37,614 nucleotides of DNA from Candidatus Omnitrophota bacterium (GCA_023228185.1 JALOBQ010000002.1:1-37614); one strand, 5' to 3'; numbered from the stretch's first letter, positions 10,698 to 22,033 are shown. Translations and numbers: made by a program. The notes: generated by a model not told the origin, from the sequence alone.

Positions 10698-11602
10698 TGG
10701 TTGATCACCCTTTCGGCTACGCGTAACTTGCTACTACGGCTTGAAGGATTAACATCCACTTCCGAATAAGTGGCCGTTAAAGGCTTAGCCGTAATAATAT
10801 TAATTATACCGTCAGCTTCAAGCCGGCGGAAAGTATGTTTGACTACCCTGTCTTCCAAAGAATGAAATGAAATTACAGATATTCTAGCCTGATTTTCTAA
10901 AAATGCAACCGCTTTATCAAGAGCGGATTCTAAAATCTCTAGTTCCCTGTTTACGGCAATGCGCACCGCCTGGAACGTGCGCGTCGCCGGATGAATACGA
11001 TAATGGCTGCGGCGGAAGCGCGCGGGGATTGAACGGGCAACTAAGTTAGCTAACTGCGTGGTCGTGGTAATCGGCTGGATCTGCCTTTCCTCAACTACTA
11101 AATGCGCGATACGATTATGCCAGCGCTCCTGGCCGAATGTCCAAAGCATATCTGAGATCTCGCTTTCATTCAGGTTATTTACCAAGTCGTAAGCGGAAAT
11201 ATAACTTTGCTGGTCTAAACGCATATCTAAAGGCCCTTCTTCCTGAAAACTAAAACCTCTTAAAGGATTCCTTAACTGCACGGTCGAAATACCCAAATCA
11301 AAAACTATGCCGTCAATTTTATGCACGCCTGCTTTATCGAGGATCTGGTCTAAATCCACGAAATTACCGTGAAAAAATTCAACCGCGTTGCCAAAAGGCG
11401 CTAACCGGCGTTTGGATATTTCCAAGGCATCCTGGTCCCGGTCTATGGCGATCAACCTTCCGCCGGGAGTGATCATCTTGAGGATCTCCTGGCTATGGCC
11501 GCCGGTGCCCAGCGTAGCATCAACAATCGTTTGGCCGGGTTTCAAATTTAGATTACCAATTACTTCCTGCAACAAAACAGGAACGTGAAGTTTCTCTTCC
11601 AC
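10694..11602 (-). CDS. rsmH: 16S rRNA (cytosine1402-N4)-methyltransferase RsmH (MraW)
   Basis: 302 aa with HVPVLLQEV and the DATLGTGGHS SAM-binding motif. It is the second gene of the dcw cluster. Confidence 0.95.
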   Translation of the reverse strand: MEEKLHVPVLLQEVIGNLNLKPGQTIVDATLGTGGHSQEILKMITPGGRLIAIDRDQDALEISKRRLAPFGNAVEFFHGNFVDLDQILDKAGVHKIDGIVFDLGISTVQLRNPLRGFSFQEEGPLDMRLDQQSYISAYDLVNNLNESEISDMLWTFGQERWHNRIAHLVVEERQIQPITTTTQLANLVARSIPARFRRSHYRIHPATRTFQAVRIAVNRELEILESALDKAVAFLENQARISVISFHSLEDRVVKHTFRRLEADGIINIITAKPLTATYSEVDVNPSSRSSKLRVAERVINQ

Positions 11603-11605
11603 AGC

Positions 11606-12043
11606 TTACACATCCATTAATTTTTCCGCAATCTCTTCAAATGACTGACGGCTATTTTTAGAAAATTCAAGCCACAAATCTTTCGACCAAATTTCAATAC
11701 GGTTAGAAACACCGACGATTACCACGTCGCGCTTAATTCCGGCGAAATCTTTCAAATATTGCGGTAAGAGCACCCTGCCCTGTTTATCTGCTTGCACGTC
11801 AATGGCGCCGGAAAAAAGTAAACGGTTAAAAGTGCGCGACTGCTGTTTGGTAAACGGCATTGATTTAAATTTATTTTCCTGCGAACGCCACTCTTCTTCC
11901 GGGAACATAAAAAGGCAAGTATCTAAACCGCGGGTAATAAAAAATTATTCGATAATTTGCGCTTTAGCAACTTCACGAAATTTGGCTGGTAATATTAAAC
12001 GGCCTTTACGGTCTATAGAATGTTCATATTCGCCATAAAACAT
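11606..12043 (-). pseudogene. mraZ: Transcriptional regulator MraZ interrupted by one in-frame TAA (codon 33, nt 11947..11945)
   Basis: The ORF track reports only the C-terminal 100 aa (11606..11908). Reading the same frame from the ATG at 12043 gives [51 protein letters not shown]... This is a full-length 145-codon MraZ with both DxxxR repeats (IDRKGR, ADKQGR), broken only by the TAA. Confidence 0.8.
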
Positions 12044-12056
12044 TTTATTTTCCCTT

Positions 12057-12080
12057 CCACTTTACTCCACTTGCAACCAC
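12057..12080 (-). promoter_or_regulatory. Putative MraZ operator: three GTGG boxes at exact 10-bp spacing
   Basis: The minus strand reads GTGGttgcaaGTGGagtaaaGTGGaaggg. CCAC sits on the plus strand at 12057-60, 12067-70 and 12077-80. The boxes lie between the predicted -10 and the mraZ ATG. The repeat architecture matches published MraZ-binding repeat arrays. Confidence 0.6.
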
Positions 12081-12089
12081 AGTAATGAA

Positions 12090-12118
12090 AATATACCTAA
12101 AATCAGCCTATTTGTCAA
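12090..12118 (-). promoter_or_regulatory. Sigma70-type promoter of the dcw operon (Pmra)
   Basis: Minus strand: TTGACA (12118..12113), a 17-nt spacer, then TATATT (12095..12090). It lies about 45 nt upstream of the mraZ ATG. Confidence 0.65.
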
Positions 12119-12205
12119 GAAAAATATTTACCTAAATACATGGAATACAAGCAATAGTGTATAAAACAAACGGGGTGACTATCTGTGGTATTAAATTTTG
12201 ATACT

Positions 12206-13108
12206 TTAGTGGAGAATTTTCCTGGCTAAGAGTGTATCTTTTGCCATCTGTCCTGCGAGAGCATTCAAGGAGGGAAACTTACGATCCGGCCGAATCTTTT
12301 TAAAAAACCTGACTTCCAGGATCTGGCCATAGATATCTTTATGGAAATCCAGAATATGCACTTCGATATTTATTTTTTTATGTTTTGTTTTTATTGTCGG
12401 CCGGCTGCCGATATAACAAAGCCCGGGAAAAATTGTATTGCCCAAAACAACTTTCACGGCGTAAATCCCGCTTGCCGGGATTACCTCATGATGCGGATTG
12501 ATATTTGCCGTGGGAAATCCTAATATTCTGCCTAAAGCAGTGCCCTTGATCACCGTGCCTAAAACACTTACCTTACGCCCAAGCAATCTACTAGCCTGGT
12601 CAATTTTGCCTGAACTAATCAGGCCCCTGATCAAAGTGCTGCTAATCGGCTTAGCCGCGCATCTGATCACCTTAAAAACTTTCACGCTAAAACCGTGAAT
12701 TTTGGCGTATGATTTTAAAAACCTGCTGTCGCCTAAAGCATTTCTGCCGAAACGGAAATTTTCCCCGATATAAACAGAACGCGCTGCGAGTTTTTTAACA
12801 AGCAAATCACCGATAAAATTCTCGGCGCTGATTTTAGAAAAACGCGCGTTGAAATTAAGCACCAAGCAATGGCCGACGCCCAATTCAGCGATCAAGCGCA
12901 ACCTATGCTCAAGCGAATAAAGGCTGCGCTGGCCTTGCGGATGCGGCCAAAAAGTAACCACTACGCTGGAGCCTTTTATCGATTTAGCGTCAGCGACAAG
13001 AGTTTTTAAGATATTCCTGTGGCCAAGGTGCACGCCATCAAAAACACCTAAAGCGATAAGCGCGCGATTAATTTTTTTAACCTTATTTAAAGCAAAATAA
13101 ATTTTCAT
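12206..13108 (-). CDS. ribF: Bifunctional riboflavin kinase / FMN adenylyltransferase RibF
   Basis: 300 aa with the GVFDGVHLGH nucleotidyltransferase motif and a C-terminal riboflavin kinase region (GFPTANI). Confidence 0.93.
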   Translation of the reverse strand: MKIYFALNKVKKINRALIALGVFDGVHLGHRNILKTLVADAKSIKGSSVVVTFWPHPQGQRSLYSLEHRLRLIAELGVGHCLVLNFNARFSKISAENFIGDLLVKKLAARSVYIGENFRFGRNALGDSRFLKSYAKIHGFSVKVFKVIRCAAKPISSTLIRGLISSGKIDQASRLLGRKVSVLGTVIKGTALGRILGFPTANINPHHEVIPASGIYAVKVVLGNTIFPGLCYIGSRPTIKTKHKKINIEVHILDFHKDIYGQILEVRFFKKIRPDRKFPSLNALAGQMAKDTLLARKILH

Positions 13109-13117
13109 TGATTAAAA

Positions 13118-14086
13118 TTAGATGTTTTCTTTGATCTTAGCCAACACTTTCATTTTCACTTGCCCAAGATCACCGGCGATCGTGCAACCAGCCGCGGTCC
13201 GATGCCCGCCGCCGCCGAAAAATGTAGCAATTTTATTTACATCCAGCGGCCCGGAAGAACGCAGGTTTACTCGCACGTCTTTGGCTTTGCCAAGGTTTTC
13301 TTTAAATAATACGACTACCTCTACGCCCTTAATTGAGCGGCCGAAACTTAAAGCCAGATCCGCCAAGTCAACACAAGGTTTAACACCGGAAAATAATTCT
13401 TTTTTAAACTCAAACCAGGCAACTTTACCTTGCGCGCAAAGCTTCATCCCAGGCAGGAGTTTAAGCAACAACTTTGCCTCGCGCACTGGGATATCCGCGT
13501 AGGATTTACGGTAAACCTGCGCCACGTCAATATTATATTTTAATAAATCCGCTACCGCTAAATGCGTAAAACTGGAAGTATTGGAATACCTGAAAGACCC
13601 CGTGTCAGTCATCATCCCCGTATACAAAGCCAGAGCCGTATGATCATCCATCTTCAAACCTAATTTATTATGTAAAATATAGACCATCTCCGAACAAGAG
13701 GAAGCTTGCGCGTCCACCCAGTTTACCTGCCCAAAGAAAGTATTGCTGATGTGATGGTCAATATTCAATATCGGCTTATTTTGAGTATTTAATTTATAAA
13801 CCGACCCCGTGCGTTTTAAATCAGCGCAGTCAAGGGCGACAAAACAATCAAAAACAAGGCGCTTGCAACTCTTATTTAATAAACGGATAGATTTATTGCC
13901 GGGTAAAAAATCAAAACCATAAGGCAGGCCGTCTTGGTCGACGATTACCGCCTGTTTGTCCATCTTTCTAATGATATTATAAAAACCTAACTGCGCGCCT
14001 AAAGCGTCTCCTTCCGGACTGGTATGAGCGGTAATTAAAAAATTATCGAACTTCTTAACAGCTTCAACTATTTTTTTCAGGCTCAT
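13118..14086 (-). CDS. nrnA: DHH/DHHA1 phosphoesterase (NrnA-like oligoribonuclease/pAp phosphatase)
   Basis: 322 aa with the DHH motif (NIDHHISN) and the DHHA1 GGGGH motif. The rbfA-adjacent position is typical. Confidence 0.8.
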   Translation of the reverse strand: MSLKKIVEAVKKFDNFLITAHTSPEGDALGAQLGFYNIIRKMDKQAVIVDQDGLPYGFDFLPGNKSIRLLNKSCKRLVFDCFVALDCADLKRTGSVYKLNTQNKPILNIDHHISNTFFGQVNWVDAQASSCSEMVYILHNKLGLKMDDHTALALYTGMMTDTGSFRYSNTSSFTHLAVADLLKYNIDVAQVYRKSYADIPVREAKLLLKLLPGMKLCAQGKVAWFEFKKELFSGVKPCVDLADLALSFGRSIKGVEVVVLFKENLGKAKDVRVNLRSSGPLDVNKIATFFGGGGHRTAAGCTIAGDLGQVKMKVLAKIKENI

Positions 14087-14423
14087 TTTTCTCCTTGATC
14101 TCTCTTAGCACTTCTTCAATCCTCACGCTAAATTCGGTTGACCTGTCTTCCATAAAAAGCAGTTCCGTAGCTAAACGTAAATTTAATCTTTTGGCGACCA
14201 GGCTGCGAAGATAACCTAAAGCCGAATCAAGGGCTTGTTTGGTTTTTTTATGGTCCTCTTCTTTACCTAAGACGCTATAAAAAACTTTGGCTAAACGCAG
14301 GTCATTAGTGATCTCAACCCGGATGATTGTCACAAACCCCAGGCGGGGATCCTTTAATTTATCATGAATGATCAGGCTGACTTCCTGCCTGATTGCTTCG
14401 GCGATCCTATCTTGTCTGGACAT
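14064..14423 (-). CDS. rbfA: 30S ribosome-binding factor RbfA
   Basis: 119 aa of RbfA-type sequence (RIAEAIRQEVSLII..., KVFYSVLG). Overlaps the nrnA start. Confidence 0.9.
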   Translation of the reverse strand: MSRQDRIAEAIRQEVSLIIHDKLKDPRLGFVTIIRVEITNDLRLAKVFYSVLGKEEDHKKTKQALDSALGYLRSLVAKRLNLRLATELLFMEDRSTEFSVRIEEVLREIKEKNEPEKNS

Positions 14424-14469
14424 TTTAGTTAAACTCCGTTTCTTACGGTTAATAATATGAAATCAAACT

Positions 14470-15747
14470 CTATTGCTTGATCAATTTTCTGATCAGCGCT
14501 ACTTCATCCTGGGGGCTTTTGACAGAGCCGTTTAATTTAGCATGAAGCACTTTAGAAAAAATAACCTTATACTTGGGGCCGGGCAATACCCCCAACTTTT
14601 GCAAAACTTCACCGGAAACGCAAACACGCATACCATTATAAATCTCCATAAAATCAGAAATATGCTTCTTTAAAATTAAAGAAGCGTATTTAGCTTTAAG
14701 AAAAATAATCGTCTCGTAGCTTAGCGGCTCTAATAAAACAAAAATCCTCGGCGGAGTAATCCGGATACTGCTTAAATCGCGCAGGCAACTTTTGCTAAAT
14801 GACTTGAGGCTTAAGATACGTTTCTCTTCTCCTGTGCGCAAGTTTAAGGCGATGGATAACTTTGAACTTTGAACGTAAGTTAATCCGTCGATCAAAGCCA
14901 TAAAATAAATCAGCCAAGTATCCAGTTTCCTGCGGCCGGGATACTCCTGATTAAACCAGGCGATTTGTTTTTCTGAAGCGGCGAATAAAGAACGATTGAT
15001 TTTAATTTTGCTGAATTCCCGGCAAAACAAATCCAGCGCTTTTAGATCTTTCAAGCGTTTTATCTGCTGATAAGGATTGTTCTCCTTAAGTATCAAAATA
15101 AGTTCATGGCGCTTGCGTTGCGGGCTGATCAAACCTAAATAACCGTGGTTAAGAGCATACTTAAGCAGAATAAGCGTGCGCGGCTGGATTTTAAAACCAT
15201 ACCTTTGTTCAAACCTCACTGCCCTGAATATCCGCGTGGGATCATCCTGAAAACTTAAATCATGCAATACCCTTATTTTTCGGCCAGCCAAATCATTCTT
15301 TCCGTCAAAAGGATCAATCAAGCGTAAATCCATTTTACCTGATATGCTTACCGCCATTGCGTTAATTGTAAAATCCCGGCGCTTCAAATCGTCGCTTAAA
15401 GAACTGAAACTGACTTCCGGTAAATCACCCGGATGAGCGTAAGTTTCTTGCCTGGCGCTGGCGAGGTCAACCTTAAGTTTTCCAAAACTAAGCGTGGCTG
15501 TGCCAAACCTTTGATGAATAATAATTTTTGCCTTTAATTTCGGCATCAGCTTTTGCGCGAATTCAATGCCTGAACCTTCCACGACAATATCCATATCCAG
15601 GTTTTTCACGCCCAAAAGCATATCGCGCACAAATCCGCCTACCAGATAAGCGGGCATTCGGCTATCATCGGAAACTTTAGCAACTTGCGCGATTAGATTC
15701 TTTAATTCTTCAGGTAATTTGCTAAAATATTTTCTCATCTTTATCAT
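14470..15747 (-). CDS. cca: tRNA nucleotidyltransferase / poly(A) polymerase family (probable CCA-adding enzyme)
   Basis: 425 aa with the head-domain motif GGFVRDMLLG..DMDIVV. The tRNA-Pro in this window lacks an encoded CCA, so a CCA-adding activity is required. Confidence 0.8.
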   Translation of the reverse strand: MIKMRKYFSKLPEELKNLIAQVAKVSDDSRMPAYLVGGFVRDMLLGVKNLDMDIVVEGSGIEFAQKLMPKLKAKIIIHQRFGTATLSFGKLKVDLASARQETYAHPGDLPEVSFSSLSDDLKRRDFTINAMAVSISGKMDLRLIDPFDGKNDLAGRKIRVLHDLSFQDDPTRIFRAVRFEQRYGFKIQPRTLILLKYALNHGYLGLISPQRKRHELILILKENNPYQQIKRLKDLKALDLFCREFSKIKINRSLFAASEKQIAWFNQEYPGRRKLDTWLIYFMALIDGLTYVQSSKLSIALNLRTGEEKRILSLKSFSKSCLRDLSSIRITPPRIFVLLEPLSYETIIFLKAKYASLILKKHISDFMEIYNGMRVCVSGEVLQKLGVLPGPKYKVIFSKVLHAKLNGSVKSPQDEVALIRKLIKQ

Positions 15748-15833
15748 AAGTTTTAGGTGCTCGGTTCTTGCTGCTCGGCGTTTGTTACTTAATTTCCCTC
15801 TACATTCTATATACTACATTCTACATACTGCTT

Positions 15834-16724
15834 CTAGGGCCGGGGATGAAACATCTTATGCACACTCTTTAACCTGTCTTTATTAATATGCGTGTAAATC
15901 TGCGTTGTGGAAATATCCGAGTGGCCGAGCATCTCCTGCACAGAACGTAAATCCGCCCCTCTTTCCAATAAATGTGTGGCAAAAGAGTGGCGCAGAGTAT
16001 GCGGTTTAATTAATTTTTTAATTTTTGCTTTTACTCCGCATCTTTTAATGATCTTCCAAAGCGACTGACGAGAGATCGACTTACCGCTGCGGTTTAGGAA
16101 TAAAAATTCCGCGTTACTATTCTTCCCCAGAAGCTTAGGCCGGCTGAATTCTAAATACCTCTGAATACTGTGGATGGCTTTTTTACCCAGTGGGATTACC
16201 CGTTCTTTATTGCCTTTACCCACGCAACGTAAAAAACCCACGTCCATATTCACATTATCTTTTCTTAAATTTACTGCCTCAGAAACCCTCATCCCGGTAG
16301 CGTAAAGAGTTTCTAGAATCGCCCTGTCGCGGCAGCCTTGAAGATCAAGCGGGTCAGGCTGGGCAATTAATGCTTCCACTTCATTTAAAGAAAGCGTGTC
16401 CGGTATCTTTTTCCAGAGTTTAGGCGAATCAATCAAATTAGTCGGGTCCTCTTTTAGGATCCTTTCGCGCGCCAGAAACCGGTGGAACATCCGCATTGCC
16501 GCCAGGCGCCGGGCGATACTTACGGGAGAAACACCTTTTTCCTTTTCAGCGAGCATAAAATCCATAATATTGCTTTTAGATATCTTAGAGAGAGCAGAAA
16601 TACCGCTCGCTGAAATAAACGCAAGATACCTGCGTAAATCCACCCGGTAAGAAGCAATCGTGTTCTTCGCCAGACCGCGCTCTACGGAAAGATAATCTAA
16701 AAATGAATCGATTAATTCTTCCAT
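15834..16724 (-). CDS. xerD: Site-specific tyrosine recombinase XerD
   Basis: 296 aa with GKGNKERVIPLG, RHSFATHLL, LGHSDISTTQIYTH and a C-terminal HPRP. Colinear with E. coli XerD. Confidence 0.88.
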   Translation of the reverse strand: MEELIDSFLDYLSVERGLAKNTIASYRVDLRRYLAFISASGISALSKISKSNIMDFMLAEKEKGVSPVSIARRLAAMRMFHRFLARERILKEDPTNLIDSPKLWKKIPDTLSLNEVEALIAQPDPLDLQGCRDRAILETLYATGMRVSEAVNLRKDNVNMDVGFLRCVGKGNKERVIPLGKKAIHSIQRYLEFSRPKLLGKNSNAEFLFLNRSGKSISRQSLWKIIKRCGVKAKIKKLIKPHTLRHSFATHLLERGADLRSVQEMLGHSDISTTQIYTHINKDRLKSVHKMFHPRP

Positions 16725-16725
16725 T

Positions 16726-17342
16726 TTAGCTCAAAAAAGGGTTATGCATACGCTCTTCTCCGATAGTCGAAGGCTTGCCATGGCCGGGATAAATAATCAA
16801 ATCATCGGGCAAAACCATCAGCTTTTCCTGGATCGACTTCTTTAAAGCAGGCTGGTTACCGCCCGGCATATCTGTCCTACCGACACTTTGGCAAAATAAA
16901 GTATCCCCCGTAAAAAGAATATTCCGCTCGGGCTTTTTCATTAATAAAGAGATACCGCCGGTGGTGTGGCCTGGCGTATGCAACACTTCCAGCTCGATAC
17001 AATCCAGCTTGATCAATTGTTTATCCTTTAAGAGCCTGATCTCGGAATTAACCTTAAGGGGTTCTGAGAAAAAAGCAGAAAGGTTTAATTCCGCCTGCTC
17101 AAGCATAGTTTTATCGCCAGAATGCACATAGACCGGCAAATCAAAATTATTATCACAGCCGATATGGTCATAGTGCCCATGCGTATTAATTACCAGCGCC
17201 GGCTTAAGCTTATAACGATCAATCACAGCTTTGATCAAATCGTATTCATCTCCAGGATCAATAATTAATGCCGGGCTATTCTCGGCGCAAGCCAAAACAT
17301 AGCAATTCACCTGCATCGGCCCTACGCAAATTGTTTTAAAGA

Positions 17343-17346
<4 letters not shown>
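16726..17346 (-). CDS. MBL-fold metallo-hydrolase (glyoxalase II-like)
   Basis: 206 aa with the HTHGHYDHIG metal-binding motif. Confidence 0.85.
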
Positions 17347-19837
<2,491 letters not shown>

Positions 19838-19843
19838 TTAGCG

Positions 19844-20116
19844 TTATAACAAAACCTGAAAATCCGTGAAATCTCCGCTTGGCTGGCTCCACTGCGCGGA
19901 CTCTTCAGTAATATAGCTGCCCAGGAGCCGGTGGATTTGGCTAAGAAAATTCTTCAGGTCAGGCTCCTCGCCTTCAGCCAGAATCTCTACCCGGCCGTCA
20001 GGAGAATTTTTCACCCAACCGGAAACATTTAAAGTATCGGCAATTTTCCGCGCGGTAAAACGAAAGCCTATTCCCTGGACTTTGCCGGAATAGTATAGAT
20101 GTGCCTGCTTTCTCAT
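19844..20116 (-). CDS. acyP: Acylphosphatase
   Basis: 90 aa with the VQGIGFR and GWVKNSPDGRVE motifs. Confidence 0.9.
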   Translation of the reverse strand: MRKQAHLYYSGKVQGIGFRFTARKIADTLNVSGWVKNSPDGRVEILAEGEEPDLKNFLSQIHRLLGSYITEESAQWSQPSGDFTDFQVLL

Positions 20117-20144
20117 TTCGTAGGATTTTGTTGATATATTAATG

Positions 20145-20218
20145 TCGGGGCGGACAGACTTGAACTGTCGGCCTCAGCGTCCCGAACGCTGCGCTCTACC
20201 AAACTGAGCCACGCCCCG
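20145..20218 (-). tRNA. tRNA-Pro (anticodon CGG), no encoded CCA
   Basis: The minus strand reads CGGGGCG TG GCTC AGTTTGGTA GAGC G CAGCG TTCGGGA CGCTG AGGCC GACAG TTCAAGT CTGTC CGCCCCG A. This folds by hand into a complete cloverleaf with anticodon loop TT-CGG-GA. The 3' flank is CATT, not CCA. Confidence 0.92.
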
Positions 20219-20282
20219 TTAGATCTCAATAATTTTAAGTTATAGAGATAACAAACCTCTTTGCATCTCCAAATATTTAATT

Positions 20283-20311
20283 AGTATACCAAAGATTCAA
20301 CGCATACGCAA
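20283..20311 (-). promoter_or_regulatory. Candidate sigma70 promoter upstream of tRNA-Pro
   Basis: Minus strand: TTGCGT (20311..20306), a 17-nt spacer, then TATACT (20288..20283). It would give a leader of about 60 nt before the tRNA. Confidence 0.4.
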
Positions 20312-20334
20312 GAATTAGAGTTTCCTCCCTGTTT

Positions 20335-20358
20335 CGTCCCTGTTTCAAAACAGGGACG
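20335..20358 (-). other. Perfect 11-bp inverted repeat directly after the ribE stop (terminator-like hairpin without U-tract)
   Basis: cgtccctgttt-ca-aaacagggacg. The left arm is duplicated immediately upstream on the plus strand (tccctgtttcg / tccctgtttca). No T-run follows on either strand. Confidence 0.35.
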
Positions 20359-20364
20359 ACGTTA

Positions 20365-20937
20365 TTAAAGGGCTTTTTTAGCAAGGATATCGAATTCAAG
20401 GTTAACCTTGCTGGAAGGGCCTTTGAAATCTAGAGTGGTATTTTTTAAGGTATGCGGAATAATATAAACGCTAAAAGTTGAGCTTGTTTTACCAGCCAAA
20501 GTCAAACTAATGCCATCAATGCAAATTGAGCCTTTGGGCAAGCAATAACGCAAATATTTAGCCGCGGCTGCAATTTCAAAGATAAGGTTATCATTGCGAT
20601 AACTTTTCCTGCGCACCAACCCCAGGCAATCAATATGCCCTGTAACAAAATGCCCGGAGATTCGATCCCCTAGCTTGAGGCTTCTTTCAAGATTTACCCG
20701 CTCGCCTGTTTTAAGCAAGCCGAGATTAGTAGATTTAAACGTCTCCGGCATAACCTCAAAACAAAACGCGTCTTTTTTTATTTTTACAACAGTCAGGCAG
20801 ACGCCATTAAGTGCGACACTATCGCCAAGACAAACACCTTCTAGCGTTTTATCGGCGCTAATCTCGATAAACTTGACCCGGCCGGATTGACGCACCGACC
20901 TAAACAACCCAACTTCTTCCACGATTCCATTAAACAT
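20365..20937 (-). CDS. ribE: Riboflavin synthase (alpha chain)
   Basis: 190 aa with N-terminus MFNGIVEEVG and internally duplicated lumazine-binding halves (GDSVALNGVCLTV / GSICIDGISLTL). Confidence 0.93.
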   Translation of the reverse strand: MFNGIVEEVGLFRSVRQSGRVKFIEISADKTLEGVCLGDSVALNGVCLTVVKIKKDAFCFEVMPETFKSTNLGLLKTGERVNLERSLKLGDRISGHFVTGHIDCLGLVRRKSYRNDNLIFEIAAAAKYLRYCLPKGSICIDGISLTLAGKTSSTFSVYIIPHTLKNTTLDFKGPSSKVNLEFDILAKKAL

Positions 20938-22033
20938 TATTTTTTATATATGCTTCAATCAATAAATCTTCGCCAAAATGTTTTAATTTCATACCCTCCA
21001 GCTTAATCGCCTGATCCATACGGCTGATCCCCTTACCCATCACCGCGCCGATCGCATCCTTGCCGCCGATAATTTTCGGACTGATAAAAAATAATATCTT
21101 ATCAACCAGTTTCTCATCAAACAAAGAGCCGATTAACGTGCCGCCGCCTTCAACAATAATATTAGTAATCCCTAAAGCAGCAAGCTTTTTTAAAGCATCC
21201 CTCATATTCACCTGGCCGGATTTTTCTTTTACTTCTAAAATTTTAGCCTGCTGGATCAATGTTTTCCGGTTTTCCGTTTCCTGGCCTGGCCGGGACGCTA
21301 AAGTAACTAAAATCACCGGGCTTTTTTTAGAAAAAATATTCGACTTTGCCGGAGTGCTCAAATTACTATCTACAACCACTTTCAGAGGATGTTTTTGAGA
21401 AAACCAGGCGTCTAAATGAGGGTCATCTCTTAAGACAGTATTTACGCCAACCATAATCGCGTCATAATACTTACGCATACGATGGTTATAGGCGCGTGAT
21501 TTATCAGAACTAACCCATTTAGAATCACCCGTGTAAGTGGCGATCCGGCCGTCTAAAGATTGGGCGACTTTTACCGTAACAAAAGGCATCCGGGTAGTAA
21601 TAAATTTGATGAAAGTTTCATTGATCTTGCGCGCTTGGTCCTCCAAGACCCCCAGCGTGACTTTAATATTATTCTCTTTCAGGATATTCAGGCCTTTGCC
21701 GTTATTTAGAGGATTGGGGTCAATCATACCAATCACCACTCTTTTGATTCCGCTTTGAATTATTTTATTGGTGCATGGCGGCGTGCGGCCAAAATGCATA
21801 CAAGGCTCAAGCGTCAGATAAAGCGTCGCTTGCTTTGCCTTTAAGCCTGCTTCTTCAAGCGCGTAAATCTCCGCGTGCCTTAACCCTGCCTGATGATGAA
21901 ATCCTTTTCCTACGATTAAACCATTTTTGACAACCACTGCTCCGACTAACGGATTAGGCGATGTTTTACCTTTCGCTTTCAACGCCAGTTTTAAAGCCAG
22001 GCGCATATAATATTGGTCATTTACTTTTGTCAT
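20930..22033 (-). CDS. ribD: Bifunctional diaminohydroxyphosphoribosylaminopyrimidine deaminase / 5-amino-6-(5-phosphoribosylamino)uracil reductase RibD
   Basis: 367 aa with the CDA zinc motifs HAE...PCMHFGRTPPC and a C-terminal reductase domain. Confidence 0.94.
   Translation of the reverse strand: MTKVNDQYYMRLALKLALKAKGKTSPNPLVGAVVVKNGLIVGKGFHHQAGLRHAEIYALEEAGLKAKQATLYLTLEPCMHFGRTPPCTNKIIQSGIKRVVIGMIDPNPLNNGKGLNILKENNIKVTLGVLEDQARKINETFIKFITTRMPFVTVKVAQSLDGRIATYTGDSKWVSSDKSRAYNHRMRKYYDAIMVGVNTVLRDDPHLDAWFSQKHPLKVVVDSNLSTPAKSNIFSKKSPVILVTLASRPGQETENRKTLIQQAKILEVKEKSGQVNMRDALKKLAALGITNIIVEGGGTLIGSLFDEKLVDKILFFISPKIIGGKDAIGAVMGKGISRMDQAIKLEGMKLKHFGEDLLIEAYIKNNV

Noticed and set aside
11945-11947. 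Possibility that the TAA in mraZ reflects stop-codon reassignment.
   Set aside because: TAA is used as a genuine terminator here, for example by ftsW (2393-2395), mraY (4770-4772) and the 41-aa ORF. All other genes are intact under the standard code.
15834-16724. The tyrosine recombinase as a marker of an integrated mobile element, given that tRNA-Pro lies 3.4 kb away.
   Set aside because: The sequence is colinear with chromosomal XerD. It is embedded in a housekeeping operon with 1-nt spacing to neighbours, and there are no flanking direct repeats or cargo genes.
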